A stretch of DNA of 64,000 nt from Coniocarpon cinnabarinum. Taxonomy: Eukaryota. Shown in pieces: positions 23,551 through 35,877 of this stretch; position 1 is the stretch's first letter; every line of letters starts with the position of its first letter. The stretch is taken from the NCBI GenBank assembly GCA_051942205.1, contig JAVECO010000020.1, positions 1 through 64,000 of the forward strand. Reading direction: 5' to 3'. The position numbers were made by a program, and so were the translations under genes. A model generated the notes under the pieces. The model saw only the letters and a list, made by a program, of their open reading frames with translations, made no database searches and was not told the origin of the DNA.

Positions 23551-25004
23551 ATGACAGCAGAAACCATTACCACGATTTCTCCTACCACAAACACACCGGT
23601 CGCCATTCGCCATGGCCCGTCAGACGCCGAAATGGAAGCCATGCCCACGACCGCTGCGAGCGCTTTCCGTTCGTGGAGTATGACGGAACTCGCGGAGCGG
23701 CAGGCTCTCGTCAAGCGCGCATTGCAGCTTCTCAGGGAACGTCAAGATGCGCTGGCCAAGACTCTTACAGAAGAGATGGGCAGGCCAATCGCGTATGGCG
23801 CAAAGGAAGTGGCCACGGCCGCCCTCAGAGGAGAATACATGCTGAGGGTGTCGAGCGAGTGCTTGGCTGATACGCCTGGTGACGAAGAGACTGGCTTCAG
23901 AAGATACATTCGCAAGACGCCGTTAGGCCCTGTGCTTGTCTTGTTTGCGTGGAACTACCCTTGGCTCATTCTCGCAAACTCCCTTTTCCCTGCCCTTCTG
24001 GCGGGAGATACGGTCATCCTGAAACCATCTCCACAAACTCCCAGTGTTGCTGAACAAGCACAGAAACTTTGCGTTGATGCTGGCGTACCAAAAGACGTTG
24101 TTCAAGTCTTGCATTGCGGTGACTTTGACCGGTTGCGACCAATGTTACGCCACCCCAGTATCAAGCTCATCTGCTTCACGGGCTCTGTGGCAGGCGGCCT
24201 CAGTGTGCAGCAAGCCGTAAGTGACAAAGTCGCCGTTCGAGTAGGTCTCGAGCTTGGTGGCAAGGATCCTGCCTACGTTAGATCTGATGTTGACGTTGCT
24301 TGGGCTGCTGAAGAAATCGTAGATGGCGCCATCTTTAATTCCGGTCAGAGCTGTTGCGCTCTCGAGAGGATTTACGTTGATTCCAAGATACACGACCAAT
24401 TCGTGACAGCTGTGCAACATATTCTCGAGGGTTATCGACTGGGCGATCCAGCTGATTCTACAACACAGATTGGACCAGTCGTTTCGAAGAAAGCTATGGA
24501 TACTATTGCTTCGCATGTTCAGGATGCTCTTTCAAAGGGAGCTAAAGATGCCACCCCTGCTAATGACACCTTCGTCAATCTCCCAAAAGACGGCAACTTC
24601 GTCTCGCCCCGCTTGCTGATCCATGTGACGCATGATATGACCGTCATGAAAGATGAGACATTTGGCCCTATCATTCCAGTAATGAAGGTCTCTAGTGATG
24701 AAGAAGCTATACAACTGATGAACGACAGTCAATTCGGCTTGACTGCTAGCATCTGGACCAAAGATACCCATACAGGCAATCGATTAGCGGACGGAGTGGA
24801 TGCTGGAACCGTGTTCATTAACAGGGCTGACTACCCGAGTCCTGTACGTACTTTCTTCAACGCATTCGCTCGGAAAGCTAATCTTTCCAGGACCTTGCAT
24901 GGACTGGGGTTAAAAGTTCAGGAAAAGGGCAAACTCTGAGCAGATTTGGCTTTGATCAATTTGTGAAACTTAAGAGTCACCACGTCAAGGCGTACCCAAA
25001 GTAA
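23551..25004 (+). CDS. Aldehyde dehydrogenase
   Basis: Motifs AWNYP, LKPSPQTP, FTGSVAGG, LELGGKDP, FNSGQSCC and ETFGP. Intron at ~24844-24890. Confidence 0.93.
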
Positions 25005-25621
25005 GCGCGCGGATACTTTTTTAAGGACTGCGCGCCTTCCACAAGGGTTCAATCAGATCTCTATCACGCAAATCAATCATAGCACTTGTTCCAAAGTTAC
25101 AATAGCAAGGCCGGAATGCTGCAGTGCGCTTGTGAGCGCGCTCAAAATAGCCGAAACACGGATTAACATTACACCTCGAAACGAAATGCAAGACTTAAAT
25201 TGATCAAAAAGTTTTTTCTCTGTTGGGAAAGGCAGTCCTCCTCACCTGTTTCACTTGGATCTGAAGAAGAGTGGCTGTACACTTCTTTGTTTCCTTCATG
25301 AGTATACCTGTACATTGAGAAAAGTCTTTGTTGCATTGGTTGTTTCCGAGGAGGTGTTCTTCCATCACCGTTTCTGACGTTCTTTGACTCGTCCCACGCA
25401 CATTCTGCCACCGCCGAGATTGCACGATAGTCCACGATCGATGCAAAGAGCGCATGCTCGCTGATTTTCCATATACTTAGATGGAAAACACCAGCCATCT
25501 ACCCAAGTACGAGACATACGAAGAGAGCAACGAAGCTGTACATATCTCTGCAATTTGACGATGGGCTGCCTGGACGCGACAGTGGCATATTTGAGTTCTC
25601 TGGGGTCAAGATGGTCGGCCC

Positions 25622-26647
25622 ATGAAGAGCCACGAAAGGAGCTTAAGATTGTAAGCCCAACTACTCTGAGTGTCCTGCTTATCGCAACCAAATCATCTGT
25701 GCTGACTGACGCTATGAGCGCAGGGTCACCCGACAGGTGTCAAACACCTTGATTCTGGTGCTCATCCTGCTACTGGCGGTATTCAACTTCCTGATAGTGG
25801 CAGTCGGAATGAAGGGTAAGTGCTCGTCTGCTTCCACTTTCCACAGCTCTGTTACATGATGCTCCATACTCCGCAGAGCTGCATATCAAAGACACTTTTC
25901 CAACACGGTGGCCTTCTTAGTGACTTCTTATCTGTGCTGATCACCGTCTACGAATTTGTTGGCGATGGGGTATCCATCAGACAGACGGCCTCAAATAGTA
26001 ACACGAGCGTACTTAGGCTTTCCGGGCGGCTTCAAAACGTCTTCAGTGGTAGTCCACAGGCCCCGATGGTTCCCCCACTTTCACCACGCTCGCCCTCTGG
26101 CCCTCGTCCGCCCGAACAGCCTTTGAGATCGGACGATCTTGGATGCGAACAGCCGGAGAAGAGATACAGCATGGACTATAACACTACGTGGAAAGACCTG
26201 CCTTTACACGAGGGAGTGTCAAAGCCCCGTGCGGCAGCGCACCAATGGCCGTCGAAAGATTTTGACAGAGAGGGTTCAAAAGCCGATGCAGATACACATG
26301 CTGCCAGTGAGAGCACTACAGAAGGTCAGCGCAACGAAACTATCGGGACAAGTAGCGATTCCAATGAGGATGATCATCTCAAAGCCGACTCCGAAATCGC
26401 AGACAGGCCAGTACGACAAGAAACACCAAATGAGTTGCGCGCCCTCGGCTCCATTGCCAAGAGCGCGAGCCCCACGAAAATTGCGAGCGCTGAAGGTCAT
26501 GATAGGGCGCGCGAGTCTGCTGGAGCGGAGGCTAGCAAGGCAGTCCAGCAAGGAGCAGTCGTGAGAAGAGGCGGAGATGACAGACAAACAAGCCCCGACG
26601 AACAGGACACCGAGCTTGAAGATGTGGACCTGAGTGGAAAGAGCTGA
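25622..26647 (+). CDS. Hypothetical membrane protein with low-complexity acidic tail
   Basis: GTAAG donors at ~25651 and ~25816 flank a hydrophobic exon (TLILVLILLLAVFNFLIVAV), followed by a long open terminal exon. Start and exon structure uncertain. Confidence 0.4.
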
Positions 26648-26778
26648 TGATGCTGGTACTGTGACATTACGCGGCGTCGTGTGAAAAGGGACGAAACTAA
26701 AAGGTACTCGACCATCACAAACTGTCTGCGCACGTTCTTTCCGATCCCAACATTATCTTCAGGTTATGTAGGCTCAGT

Positions 26779-28536
26779 CTATGCAGCTCCATGCGCTTGT
26801 ATCGCACCCTTCACTGCCTGCATCATCGCCAATACCTTCTCTTCCTGGAGTCGTGCCCCAACGACTTGCAAGCACACCGGCGTGCCCTCATAAAACGCCG
26901 GGTCCCAGTCCGCCATAATCTTTTCGTCTTGCTCGTTGAATGCCTCGGGTTTTCCTCCAACTTTGTCCCAGCCATCCTCCGTCGTCGCCTTTGTCACTGG
27001 GACCGTTCCTGCCGTGACATCAAGTAGATTCCACACACCTGTATATCCTATATGAGTCATGTCTGCCCTGTGTGTCGTCAAGCCCCTCCTGACAGCCGTC
27101 CATGGACTCACAGGCGCGATAATCGCGTCCGTACAACTGTTTGTCCACATATCCAAATGTCGCTTTTGCAGTTCATTCCGCCGCAAATTCATCTCTCGTA
27201 GATCATCCGAGGTGAACACTTCATCAACTTTCCCTTGGCGTTGCGCCTCTGCTTGAGCGATACCAGCATCTGCATACGGTTGCATCCCTTTGAACCATGG
27301 CTCCCCAGTCTTGGCCAGATGGGACCCAATCGCCGGACCACCGAGCTTGACGAATGCCTTGTTGACCAGCGCGCACAGCTCCGGATGCAGGATCGGTTGC
27401 CACGTGCTAACTCTGTGGCCTGCTTTGGCACAAGCGTCACGGCATTGTGCCAAAGCTCGGGCGACGGGCGGATGCGCATGGACAAGCGAGTCGTGAGGCG
27501 GTAAAAATGCAAGATTGAGCGGCCCAGTGGCTCCCCGGGAGTTCTTGAGATTGCCCAGCTCGGGTCGCCAGGGCATCGGTATGCACTTTGGGTCACGCTG
27601 CCACGGCGCGGGGTCGCCTCCTAACATTGCTTTACAATAGATGCGCAGAGCTTCAATGTCAGAAGCCATGGGTCCATTGACGGAGAATACAAAGTCGTTG
27701 CCAGGGATCGCAGAGCGTGTGCCGAAGGTTGGGAGACGACCGAATGAAGGCTTGAGGGAAAAGAGACCACAGAAAGCGGATGGAATGCGGATGGAGCCGC
27801 CAATGTCTGTGCCTATCCCCAGTGGCGCGCCTCGCATGGCAAGCAGAGCCGCTTCGCCACCGCTGGAACCACCAGCAGAGCAATCGACATTGTGAGGGTT
27901 TACAGTCGCGCCCGTTACATGATTATCTGTCTCCATCATCATCATGCCCACCGGGACATTTGTCTTTGCAATGACAACAGCACCGAGACTGTCCAAGGCT
28001 GTTGCAAGCACGCTTTCGGAAACGCCCTCGGTGGACTCTCCTGCCCATCTCGTGAGGCCGACCGCTGAAGGTGTTGGAGGCGTGACGAAACAATCTTTCA
28101 GTGAGACGGGTAGGCCATGGAGGAAGCCGACAGCGCTGTCGTTTGCCTCGAGAAAGCTGTCAAGTTCGCGAGCGCGAGCGATGGCGGAATCGTAGAGTAG
28201 TTCCGTCAGACAGTTAGTATACTGGTTAGCAACGGCAGCCGCCTTGAGAAAGGCACGCGTCACGGTCTCAGACGACCATTTGGGCTCGGCCAAGTTGGTG
28301 AGCAGGGTGTCGACCGAGCTTGTGATGATTTCGCGTTCGAAGTCAGTGAAGTGGGTGCTGGTGAGTGGTATGTTGGTAACATCTCGGGGTGGACGAGCCT
28401 CACCAGCGGATGGAAGCAGGAGATGTTTGGGGATTGAGGCATCCTGGCGAGCTAAGGCAGCCTCGGCCTTGACAAGATACTCTTCTTTCGCCGTTTGCGG
28501 CTGCGGTGACCGGGCAAGCAGATTTGCTGATGCCAT
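26779..28536 (-). CDS. Amidase-signature family amidase (acetamidase/FAAH-like)
   Basis: Motifs LHGLPVSLKD, KTNVP, GGSSGGE and GTDIGGSIRIPS (Ser-cisSer-Lys triad). Confidence 0.93.
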   Translation of the reverse strand: MASANLLARSPQPQTAKEEYLVKAEAALARQDASIPKHLLLPSAGEARPPRDVTNIPLTSTHFTDFEREIITSSVDTLLTNLAEPKWSSETVTRAFLKAAAVANQYTNCLTELLYDSAIARARELDSFLEANDSAVGFLHGLPVSLKDCFVTPPTPSAVGLTRWAGESTEGVSESVLATALDSLGAVVIAKTNVPVGMMMMETDNHVTGATVNPHNVDCSAGGSSGGEAALLAMRGAPLGIGTDIGGSIRIPSAFCGLFSLKPSFGRLPTFGTRSAIPGNDFVFSVNGPMASDIEALRIYCKAMLGGDPAPWQRDPKCIPMPWRPELGNLKNSRGATGPLNLAFLPPHDSLVHAHPPVARALAQCRDACAKAGHRVSTWQPILHPELCALVNKAFVKLGGPAIGSHLAKTGEPWFKGMQPYADAGIAQAEAQRQGKVDEVFTSDDLREMNLRRNELQKRHLDMWTNSCTDAIIAPVSPWTAVRRGLTTHRADMTHIGYTGVWNLLDVTAGTVPVTKATTEDGWDKVGGKPEAFNEQDEKIMADWDPAFYEGTPVCLQVVGARLQEEKVLAMMQAVKGAIQAHGAA

Positions 28537-28858
28537 TGGACCAGGATGGCATGCGCATGGTCATCACCACCCGCCTGAGTCGACGACCGCACAGGGCGTC
28601 ACGGCGTCTATGCGGATTAGCTTCCCCACTTGCTGCGCTTACTCACCTAGCGTTCGGACTTCCTGGCTAGGTACTCTGGCTGCTCGTGTTGCACGAAACA
28701 CATGGATGAGCGCAGTAGCGGTGCGACTGAGAGCACGAGGAGTTACTGCGCGTCACAATTCGAACGACGGTGGGATGTTCATGTGCGGGTCATCCAACCT
28801 GGATCCCTAGATTGCTGCTAACTCACCTTCAACATATGCTAGTCACGCCGGTCCTCGC

Positions 28859-30255
28859 TCACGCTCCAAGATACTTTTGTTCTACCCACCGAACTTCCAT
28901 ATCCCTCCCAATGCGACCTACAATGACGCGTATGCCAGGGAATACTGCAGTCAGCCTCCGTATGCCATTCTCACCCGCAAACCATGCGACAAAGACGATA
29001 GCCTCCTGCTTTACGCCATGATCAACGAGAACACGTACAGCCATCAGTGCTGCACCGCCACTACTCATCTGTGGATCGAGCAGGAGAACCTGCTGATGCT
29101 CAGGCATGCTGGGAGGGAGATACCGAAAATGCAGCTCAGGCTCGCCCGTGCGATAGTTGGTCTGGATCAGTAACCTGCCGGTGAGACAGTCTGGGAGTGT
29201 TCGCCTCAGTGCTGGTTCCATGACACTGCCGCCTCGGAGGATAGATATGGCGCTAATAACGCCACTGTTCTTCAAGCCTTGATACTCTGCGCCCACAGGA
29301 GTCGTAACGGTCGTTGGCGTGAAAGTCGCTGCACGAGCCGTGGCCTCTTCGATTAAGATTGCCGCGAGGCGATCGAAGTAAAAAATGAATTCTTCACGTG
29401 GCGTCTCAGGGTCGAGTAGGATGGTGTTCACGCCCACCACCTGAGGTTTCTGCTCCAACACGCGGACCTGACTGCTCAAAGGCAGTTGCTCTACGACCTT
29501 TCCAAGTCGTTTCAGGTGCTGTTGATGAGCGTAAGATTTGTGATCGAGAGCCTTACGCACATGATCAACAATCATGTTGATTGCAACGGTGTTTTCGACG
29601 CCGCGAGGCACAATGAGATCCGCCACATTCTTCTGCGGCTCGACAAATTTGTGAAAATTCGGCTTGACGAAGGAGAACCACTGCTTGATGCAACCCTCGA
29701 TGTCACGACCTCGCTCGCGAACGTCACGCACTAGTCGGCGTGAAAGACAAAGGTCAGCATCAGCATCAGCGAACACTTTCAGATCCGTCATATCCAGGAT
29801 CCGTGGGTCATGGAGCGCAAAAATACCCTCGAGGATCAGAACATGGGGAGAGTAGACTGTCTGCACCTTTTCTTCTCGTGCATGTCTTGCAAACGAGTAG
29901 ATCGGAAGCTCGGCCATCTTTCTGAGTCGTTGAGTCAGCCACGTCGAGGAGTGTCCGACAGTCGGTGCCAACGCTACCCTTCTTTGAGCTCCTTGAGGCG
30001 GTCAACAAGCACTTCAAAATCGATCGCGTCCGGAGCATCGAAGTCGTACTCGTTGCGGAAAGCCTGCCGGCTTTGCTCTTGATTCAAGACCTTGTAGAAA
30101 GAGTCCATAGACATGATCAATACCCACGGTAAATTTAGGGCGTCAATGATTGCACGAGCGAGTGATGTTTTGCCAGATCCTGAGCTGCCCGCAATGGCGA
30201 TAATGGACATGTCAGCCCATGGCGGGAGATAGTACGCTTCCTGAGTGGTCGACAT
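28859..30255 (-). CDS. URK1: Uridine kinase with C-terminal UPRTase-like domain
   Basis: P-loop GSSGSGKT, DSFY, YDFDAPDAID, ILEGIFAL, RRLVRDVRERGR and PRT motif LLLDPQMSSGGAA. Intron at ~29922-29977. Confidence 0.93.
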
Positions 30256-30799
30256 TGTGGTTGCGTGATCGAGTCAGCGCGTAGCTCGTTAGAAAGAGCC
30301 TAGATGGCGCCGTGGGCGAAAAGAGGGCTAAGCAACCAGTTGTGGGACTAGTAGTCCTCTTGTAACTTTTGAAATTTGCCAGAATCGTCTTATGCGCGTC
30401 CATAGTCGAAGCGACGCCTTCGCCTCATCAAGTGTCGATTTCTTAAATTGACAACTTATGTGGAAAGCGGAGAGCAAGGTGCAGAACTAGTTTAAGACAG
30501 TGCCCACGACAGTGCATTGGCAGGGTGCGATATTCCGATGCTAGCATTGCGGTGCTACTAAATTTTCAGACGGACTACTTGCACGTGCTCGCAATGAAAC
30601 TCATCGTAGAGCCTTCCATCGTGGAGTCACGTTCTGCAACTGTCTGGCTCCTGTCCGTGGCGGCTGATGAGATTCGCCCTCAAAACCCATCAACAGTCAA
30701 GTCTCGACGTCTCTGTTGACATAGACTGGCGTGAATCATCATGCTTCTCACGTAGCAGTTCTCTCCAGGCCTCGGCGTCACAGCCGACGCAGCATCACC

Positions 30800-32022
30800 A
30801 TGGTGTGTTTCTTCCTCTGGACATCCCCCGTTGCAATTCACCACGAGAGTCTTTGCACTCGCGCCCGAAGAATTTCTAGATCACTTTCGCTGACCTCGCT
30901 GGTCTTCTCCAGAGCTCGACACCTTCAGACTCCACTCCCACTCGGCATGACTTTCACCGCAAAGTCGACGAAGTCAGACCCTGCAAAGCGTCAGTGACTA
31001 TTTCTCTTTGAGTACCAGGCTTCGCTAGCGATGATCCGCAAATATGGGAATCTCTCCGAACCATGGTGTAGAATTATCTAAAACTATTTCTGAAGCAATA
31101 CACATCAGCACCGTACCGCCATTCTACCTCCCAGCCATGAAAAGTAGGCTGACGGTTATAATTTAGGGACATCAATAACCTAGTGATGGGCTATTTGATC
31201 AATGAAGGCTATCCGGAAGCCGCCAAAAAGTTTGCTTCAGAAGCCAATTTGCAGCCACCAACGGTAGCCGCAGAAAGCATTGAGGAGCGTATTGAGATAC
31301 GAAGTGCAATATTATCAGGTCGCATTGAAGATGCTATCGAACACATCAATGATCTCACACCTGAAGTAAGTCAACAAGAAAAATTCGCGAGCTTTCTCAC
31401 AGCTATGATTATACATGTTTCATGCACCACTCTTACGCTATTTGGCGCTGGGGATAAAAAACATTCCACTTCAGTTCTCAAAATGAGCAACAAGCGTCTC
31501 ACTGTTCAAAACATTACGCTTCAGAAGCCCCTTGCTGACACTGTCACGCCGCAGCTTCTCGACCGCAATACCCGACTTCACTTCTCCTTACTTCGGCTGC
31601 AGCTGACGGAGCTAATACGCAACTGTATGTCCGATCCAAACAGTGATATCACGCCTGCCATCAATTTTGCCTCTTCTCAACTTGCTCCGATTGCCCCGTC
31701 CGATCCTCAGTTTTTGGCTGATCTTGAGCGCACCATGGCGTTACTCATTTTTCCACCCGAAAACTTGTCAGCTCCACTTGCTGGACTGTTGGACCCCGAA
31801 CTCAGACGGACTGTGGCAGTGGAGGTCAATCATGCCATACTGGAGGAGCTTGATTGTCCTAGCGAGGGAAAGCTTAAGGGATTAATCAAGCTACGCGCAT
31901 GGGCCGAGCGTCGCGCTAAAGAGAAAAAATTGCCCCTGCCACCAGAAGGATTAGATTTCTGGAGCAGGAGGCCGCGCCCCGAGAATGGTCTTGATGGGGA
32001 GGACAGCATCATGAATGAATGA
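30800..32022 (+). CDS. GID8: GID/CTLH complex subunit (LisH-CTLH-CRA), Gid8-like
   Basis: Coding exons ATG (30800-30802), 30913-30989, 31167-31365 and 31555-32022. Motifs DINNLVMGYLINEGYPEAAKKF, LHFSLLRLQLTELIR and DLERTMALL. Confidence 0.88.
31025..31096 (+). ncRNA. Intronic box C/D snoRNA, SNORD79(U79)-like
   Basis: C-like GCGATGA (31028), guide TGGGAATCTC (31045-31054) complementary to LSU rRNA GAGAUUCCCA, D' CCGA, D CTGA (31090). Lies inside GID8 intron 2. Confidence 0.75.
31402..31488 (+). ncRNA. Intronic box C/D snoRNA candidate with two rRNA antisense elements (snR40/U32-like)
   Basis: C-like ATGATTA (31405). CATGCACCAC (31421-31430) is complementary to SSU GUGGUGCAUG. CCACTTCAGTTCTCAAA (31466-31482) is complementary to the LSU UUUGA..ACUGAAGUGG region. 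D boxes are degenerate. Confidence 0.6.
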
Positions 32023-32824
32023 ATTGAAGAGTGTACGAGTATCAGTTGGTGCAGGATACATCAGCGTCATCACTAGGCTTGGCAACGTAAATAGGTGCCG
32101 TATGTTACAAAGACCAAATTTTTTAGAGGGAACATTCTTTTTCCAAGCTCGCTAGGTCTGCGTTCTGAAATACAAGCTCTTCGAAGATGAGACGTGTCGG
32201 CACAGGTTTACAACAGCCTTCATGAACGATTATGCACCCTGTCCGACGCTGACATTCGATTTGGCAGCAATCATGATCTCGTCAATTTCCCTACCAGGAA
32301 ATGTTGGATCATCACAGGTATTAATCCCGAACTTACGATAGACATCTCGCGTTCTGACAATTCCTAACGTGGTTCTAATTCGCATCGAATGTTCCAGAGC
32401 CTCGCAATAAGACAGGCCGACGGTAAAAGTCACAAGAAGAGAGGCACAGGCCTCGATAAAAATGCCATGCGCCTCGGGTGTCTAGCCGTCCCCGCTACAT
32501 CCGTTGCACGGCTGGTTTGGACGAGCCAAACAGTCTTTAAATGCACACTTCACCGCGCAGGCCGTCCGCCGTGATATGCTCTGTGCATCAGGCCGCTATC
32601 TGTCAGATTAGGCGTCCGCGGGGCCAAAAGGTCAGCACGTTCCGTAGGCACACGGTCAAAGCATGGACACGTAAAGCCGTTCTGGGTAAGGGCAACGTTG
32701 CCTCTTTCTTGCAGGTTTCACCCGAACTCTAAGGATGGAGCGAGACGCACTGTATAGCCCAGCCTTTCGCAAAATGATTCAACACTCTGCCTCGCACTAA
32801 GTATCAAAGAAGCTGCGGTCGACC

Positions 32825-34801
32825 ATGTCTACGAAGACCCATGTAGACGAACGATCGCGCCTTTTGTCAAGTAGTGAATCTACCAATTCTACCATTGCCG
32901 CAAGCGATGAAGCCGACCTCACTTCGGAAGGCATCTCTACCACTCGGCTGGCTATCATACTCGCAAGCAACTGGGTAAGTAGCCTACTCAAGTGTCCGGA
33001 CTCTATTTGACACATCAAGCAGATAGCAGTCATATTCACAGCCATCGGTACGACTCCCCGTTGACCTGCTAGTCGAAAAATTACTCAAAATAGGCAGACT
33101 CAAGCGTTGTTGCAACTTTACTTGTGCCTATGACAGATGATTTCTCTTCGCTTAAGACACTGTCCTGGCTCGGAACTTCGTATATCATTGCCGCCACTGC
33201 AATGATACCCTTGTCGGGGCGGCTCACTGACATTTTTGGCCGCCGTGTAGGCGCGATTGGCGCCGATGTCACCTTTGCTATAGGGGCCTTGGTCTGTGGC
33301 ATGGCACGAACTGAGGGCGTCTTGATCTTTGGCCGTGTTTTATCCGGGTTAGGTGAGTGTGCAGCCTCGTCTCTTCACACCGTAATCGCACGATGTATCA
33401 CAACCATTGTAAAGCCTTTAATATTTAGCTGGCGATACCTCTTACGTAACGACGACGCATGCTGAAACCCTAGATTATAGGCGCTGGTCCTGCACGCTCG
33501 GTTTCTTCCTTCATCACAGCTGACTTGGTTCCACAACAAAAGCGTGGTGTAGTGCAGGGCATCACGCTTGTGTGTATGGGTGCAGGGACCGCGATCGGAG
33601 GATTTCTGGGAGGTTGGATAGCCGAGCAGCTCAGTTGGCGATGGGCATTCCTACTTCAGCTTCCTTTCCTCGTCCTCGGCACCGTGCTTGTAATCTGTTT
33701 CGTGGAGACACCTCCCAGGCCTCTAGCAACGGACAAAACTCCAACACTGCGCAAGATTGACTTCCTTGGAAGCTTGAGTCTTGTCGCCTCGCTCACTATG
33801 CTGCTCGTTGGTCTGAACGCAGGTGGTAACTTGGTGCCATGGGCGCACGTTATGGTGCTCATATCCTTACCTCTGTCGGCTCTTTTGTTTGGATGCTTTC
33901 TTTATATTGAAGCATGTCACGCACACGATGTAAGTGATCAGCTTCATGACCCTTCAACTTGTGCCCCCGTAACTTGTTCAGTCACCCCTACTCTTAATAT
34001 TCACGCACATTGATCTGGACAAGGTGGATCCTGTCGCTGACTTTGTCACTGCAGCCCATCATACCTCTGCGCCTGTTCAAGATACGTACCGTGTCTGCAA
34101 CTTGTCTCTACCATTTTTTCGGTCATCTAGCGGCTTTTGGAATCATCTTCTACGTACCTGTCTACGCCCAGCTGAGAGGTAGCAGCGCATCCAAGGCTGG
34201 CACCGTCTTTGTAGCGCAGGCATTTGGCAGTGCTTCCTCAGCAATCCTCGCTGGATGGATCATTCGGCGAACGGGCCACTACAATCTGCCCAAGTGGACT
34301 TCCATCATCTGTACCCTCACAGCCTTCACGGGGTTTGTCATGCTGGGCAACGACACTCCTTGGTGGCAGTTGATGACCAACATGTTCGTTCACGGCTTTG
34401 CCTTTGGCAATCTGCTGGTGGTCGGTAACATTGCGGTGATCAGTAGCATCGATCGCGATGATGAGGCGGTGGCATTGTCAGCGTTGACCACGATTGCCTC
34501 TGTCGGCTCCGTCCTTGGAATTTCAGCGGGCTCTGCGGTATTCCAAAACGTCCTCAATGCGCAACTCCGGCAGTCGTTGGGCAGCGGAGGAAGTGCAGAA
34601 GGGGTCATCGAGCAGGTCAGACAATCCTTTGGCTCGATTCCAAGTGTGCCTGGAGTCATTAGACCTCAGGTACAAGCCGCGTTCATGGCAAGCGTTCATG
34701 GAGTGTTCAAGGCGACGCTGATTGTGACATGCTTGTCAGCTTTGGCTGCACTTTGGATCCGGCAGAACAGACTGCACATGACAATATCGCAAAAGGACTG
34801 A
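32825..34801 (+). CDS. MFS transporter (DHA2/Vba-like, 14-TM)
   Basis: Motifs LSWLGTSY, PLSGRLTDIFGRR, SWRWAFLLQLP, IDFLG and PIIPLRLF. Several introns. Confidence 0.88.
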
Positions 34802-34960
34802 TTTCTATGTATAACCATTGATATGACGTCTATCTGAGTAGTCATGCTGAATTGATCTTTTCAGAGGGGATATACAAAGTTCTTGAAACTGCATTTACTA
34901 CGATGTTGATGGAGGAGAGACTGCGTTACGCTACCCTTCTTGCTAAAATTCAACTTCGTT

Positions 34961-35615
34961 CTACCAAGCACCATACTGGCTGAGCACTACCGCAGCAGAA
35001 GGACGCTCCCTAGGATCCCATACTAGCAATAAACGCAAGAAGCAGCAGAAAGAGTCTCTTCCTAAGCCCTCCAGCTTCGAAAGCCGCCGCTCAAGCGCAT
35101 TTGCGTGACGTCCACCTCGTCCGTGAATCCAGCAGCCATTGGTGGCACGGTGCTCATCAAGCACTTGGAGGAAATCTTTGGCCGGCGCACCAAGGACCTT
35201 GGCAATCTTCTGGAGATGCGCTGCATCATGATGGCGACCATCATCCGGACCATCCTCAACAAATAGGTGCCCGCCTTCAATAAAGTCCGAAGCCAGGCAT
35301 GCAAAGCTTCAAATGTCCACCTCGTGGCTCCAAGGCATACCCACGAGGATCTCGGGCGCGCAGTAGAGAGCCGGGTGGGCATGACCGTGGAACTCGTCGC
35401 GACCAAAGGTTGCTTCTCCAAGGTCACCAAGAACGGCCTCGCCCTAGCTTTCAGGCTCAGAGTAGGTAGTATGCCATGTTTGCAGATGAATAGATATAGT
35501 GGCCTTTGCTGACCTCTTTTGGCAAGGAGCTGGGGTTGTGAACTCGGCGCGTTCTATATTATCAAGGATTGACCTGTCTTGCAGGGAGACGAAAATATTC
35601 AAAGCCTTGAGATCT
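34961..35615 (-). pseudogene. Degenerate SRPK/CMGC-like protein kinase
   Basis: DLKALNI, VLGDLGEA, YCAPEILVGMPWSHEVDI*SFAC (TGA at 35311-35309 replaces the conserved Trp) and LVWDPRERPSA. No N-lobe found. Confidence 0.7.
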
Positions 35616-35877
35616 GATATAAATATATATCCTTGTTGTTACGACATTTCGATTAGAAGACCCGTGACCGTTGCTGAGCCTGCCAGTGTGAACGACGTTG
35701 AAATCGTCGTGCAAGTATTGTTATGACAGCTGTTCTACATCCATGGCGGCGCTACGCACACTACTCACTCAAATCACCACAGAGTGCGGCAGGACTGCTT
35801 TCATACACTCTTCAGAGGGAAGCTCTTCATTTTCATAATGCATGCACTTCAAATCCAAAGACTTCGCCTGTCGGTAT

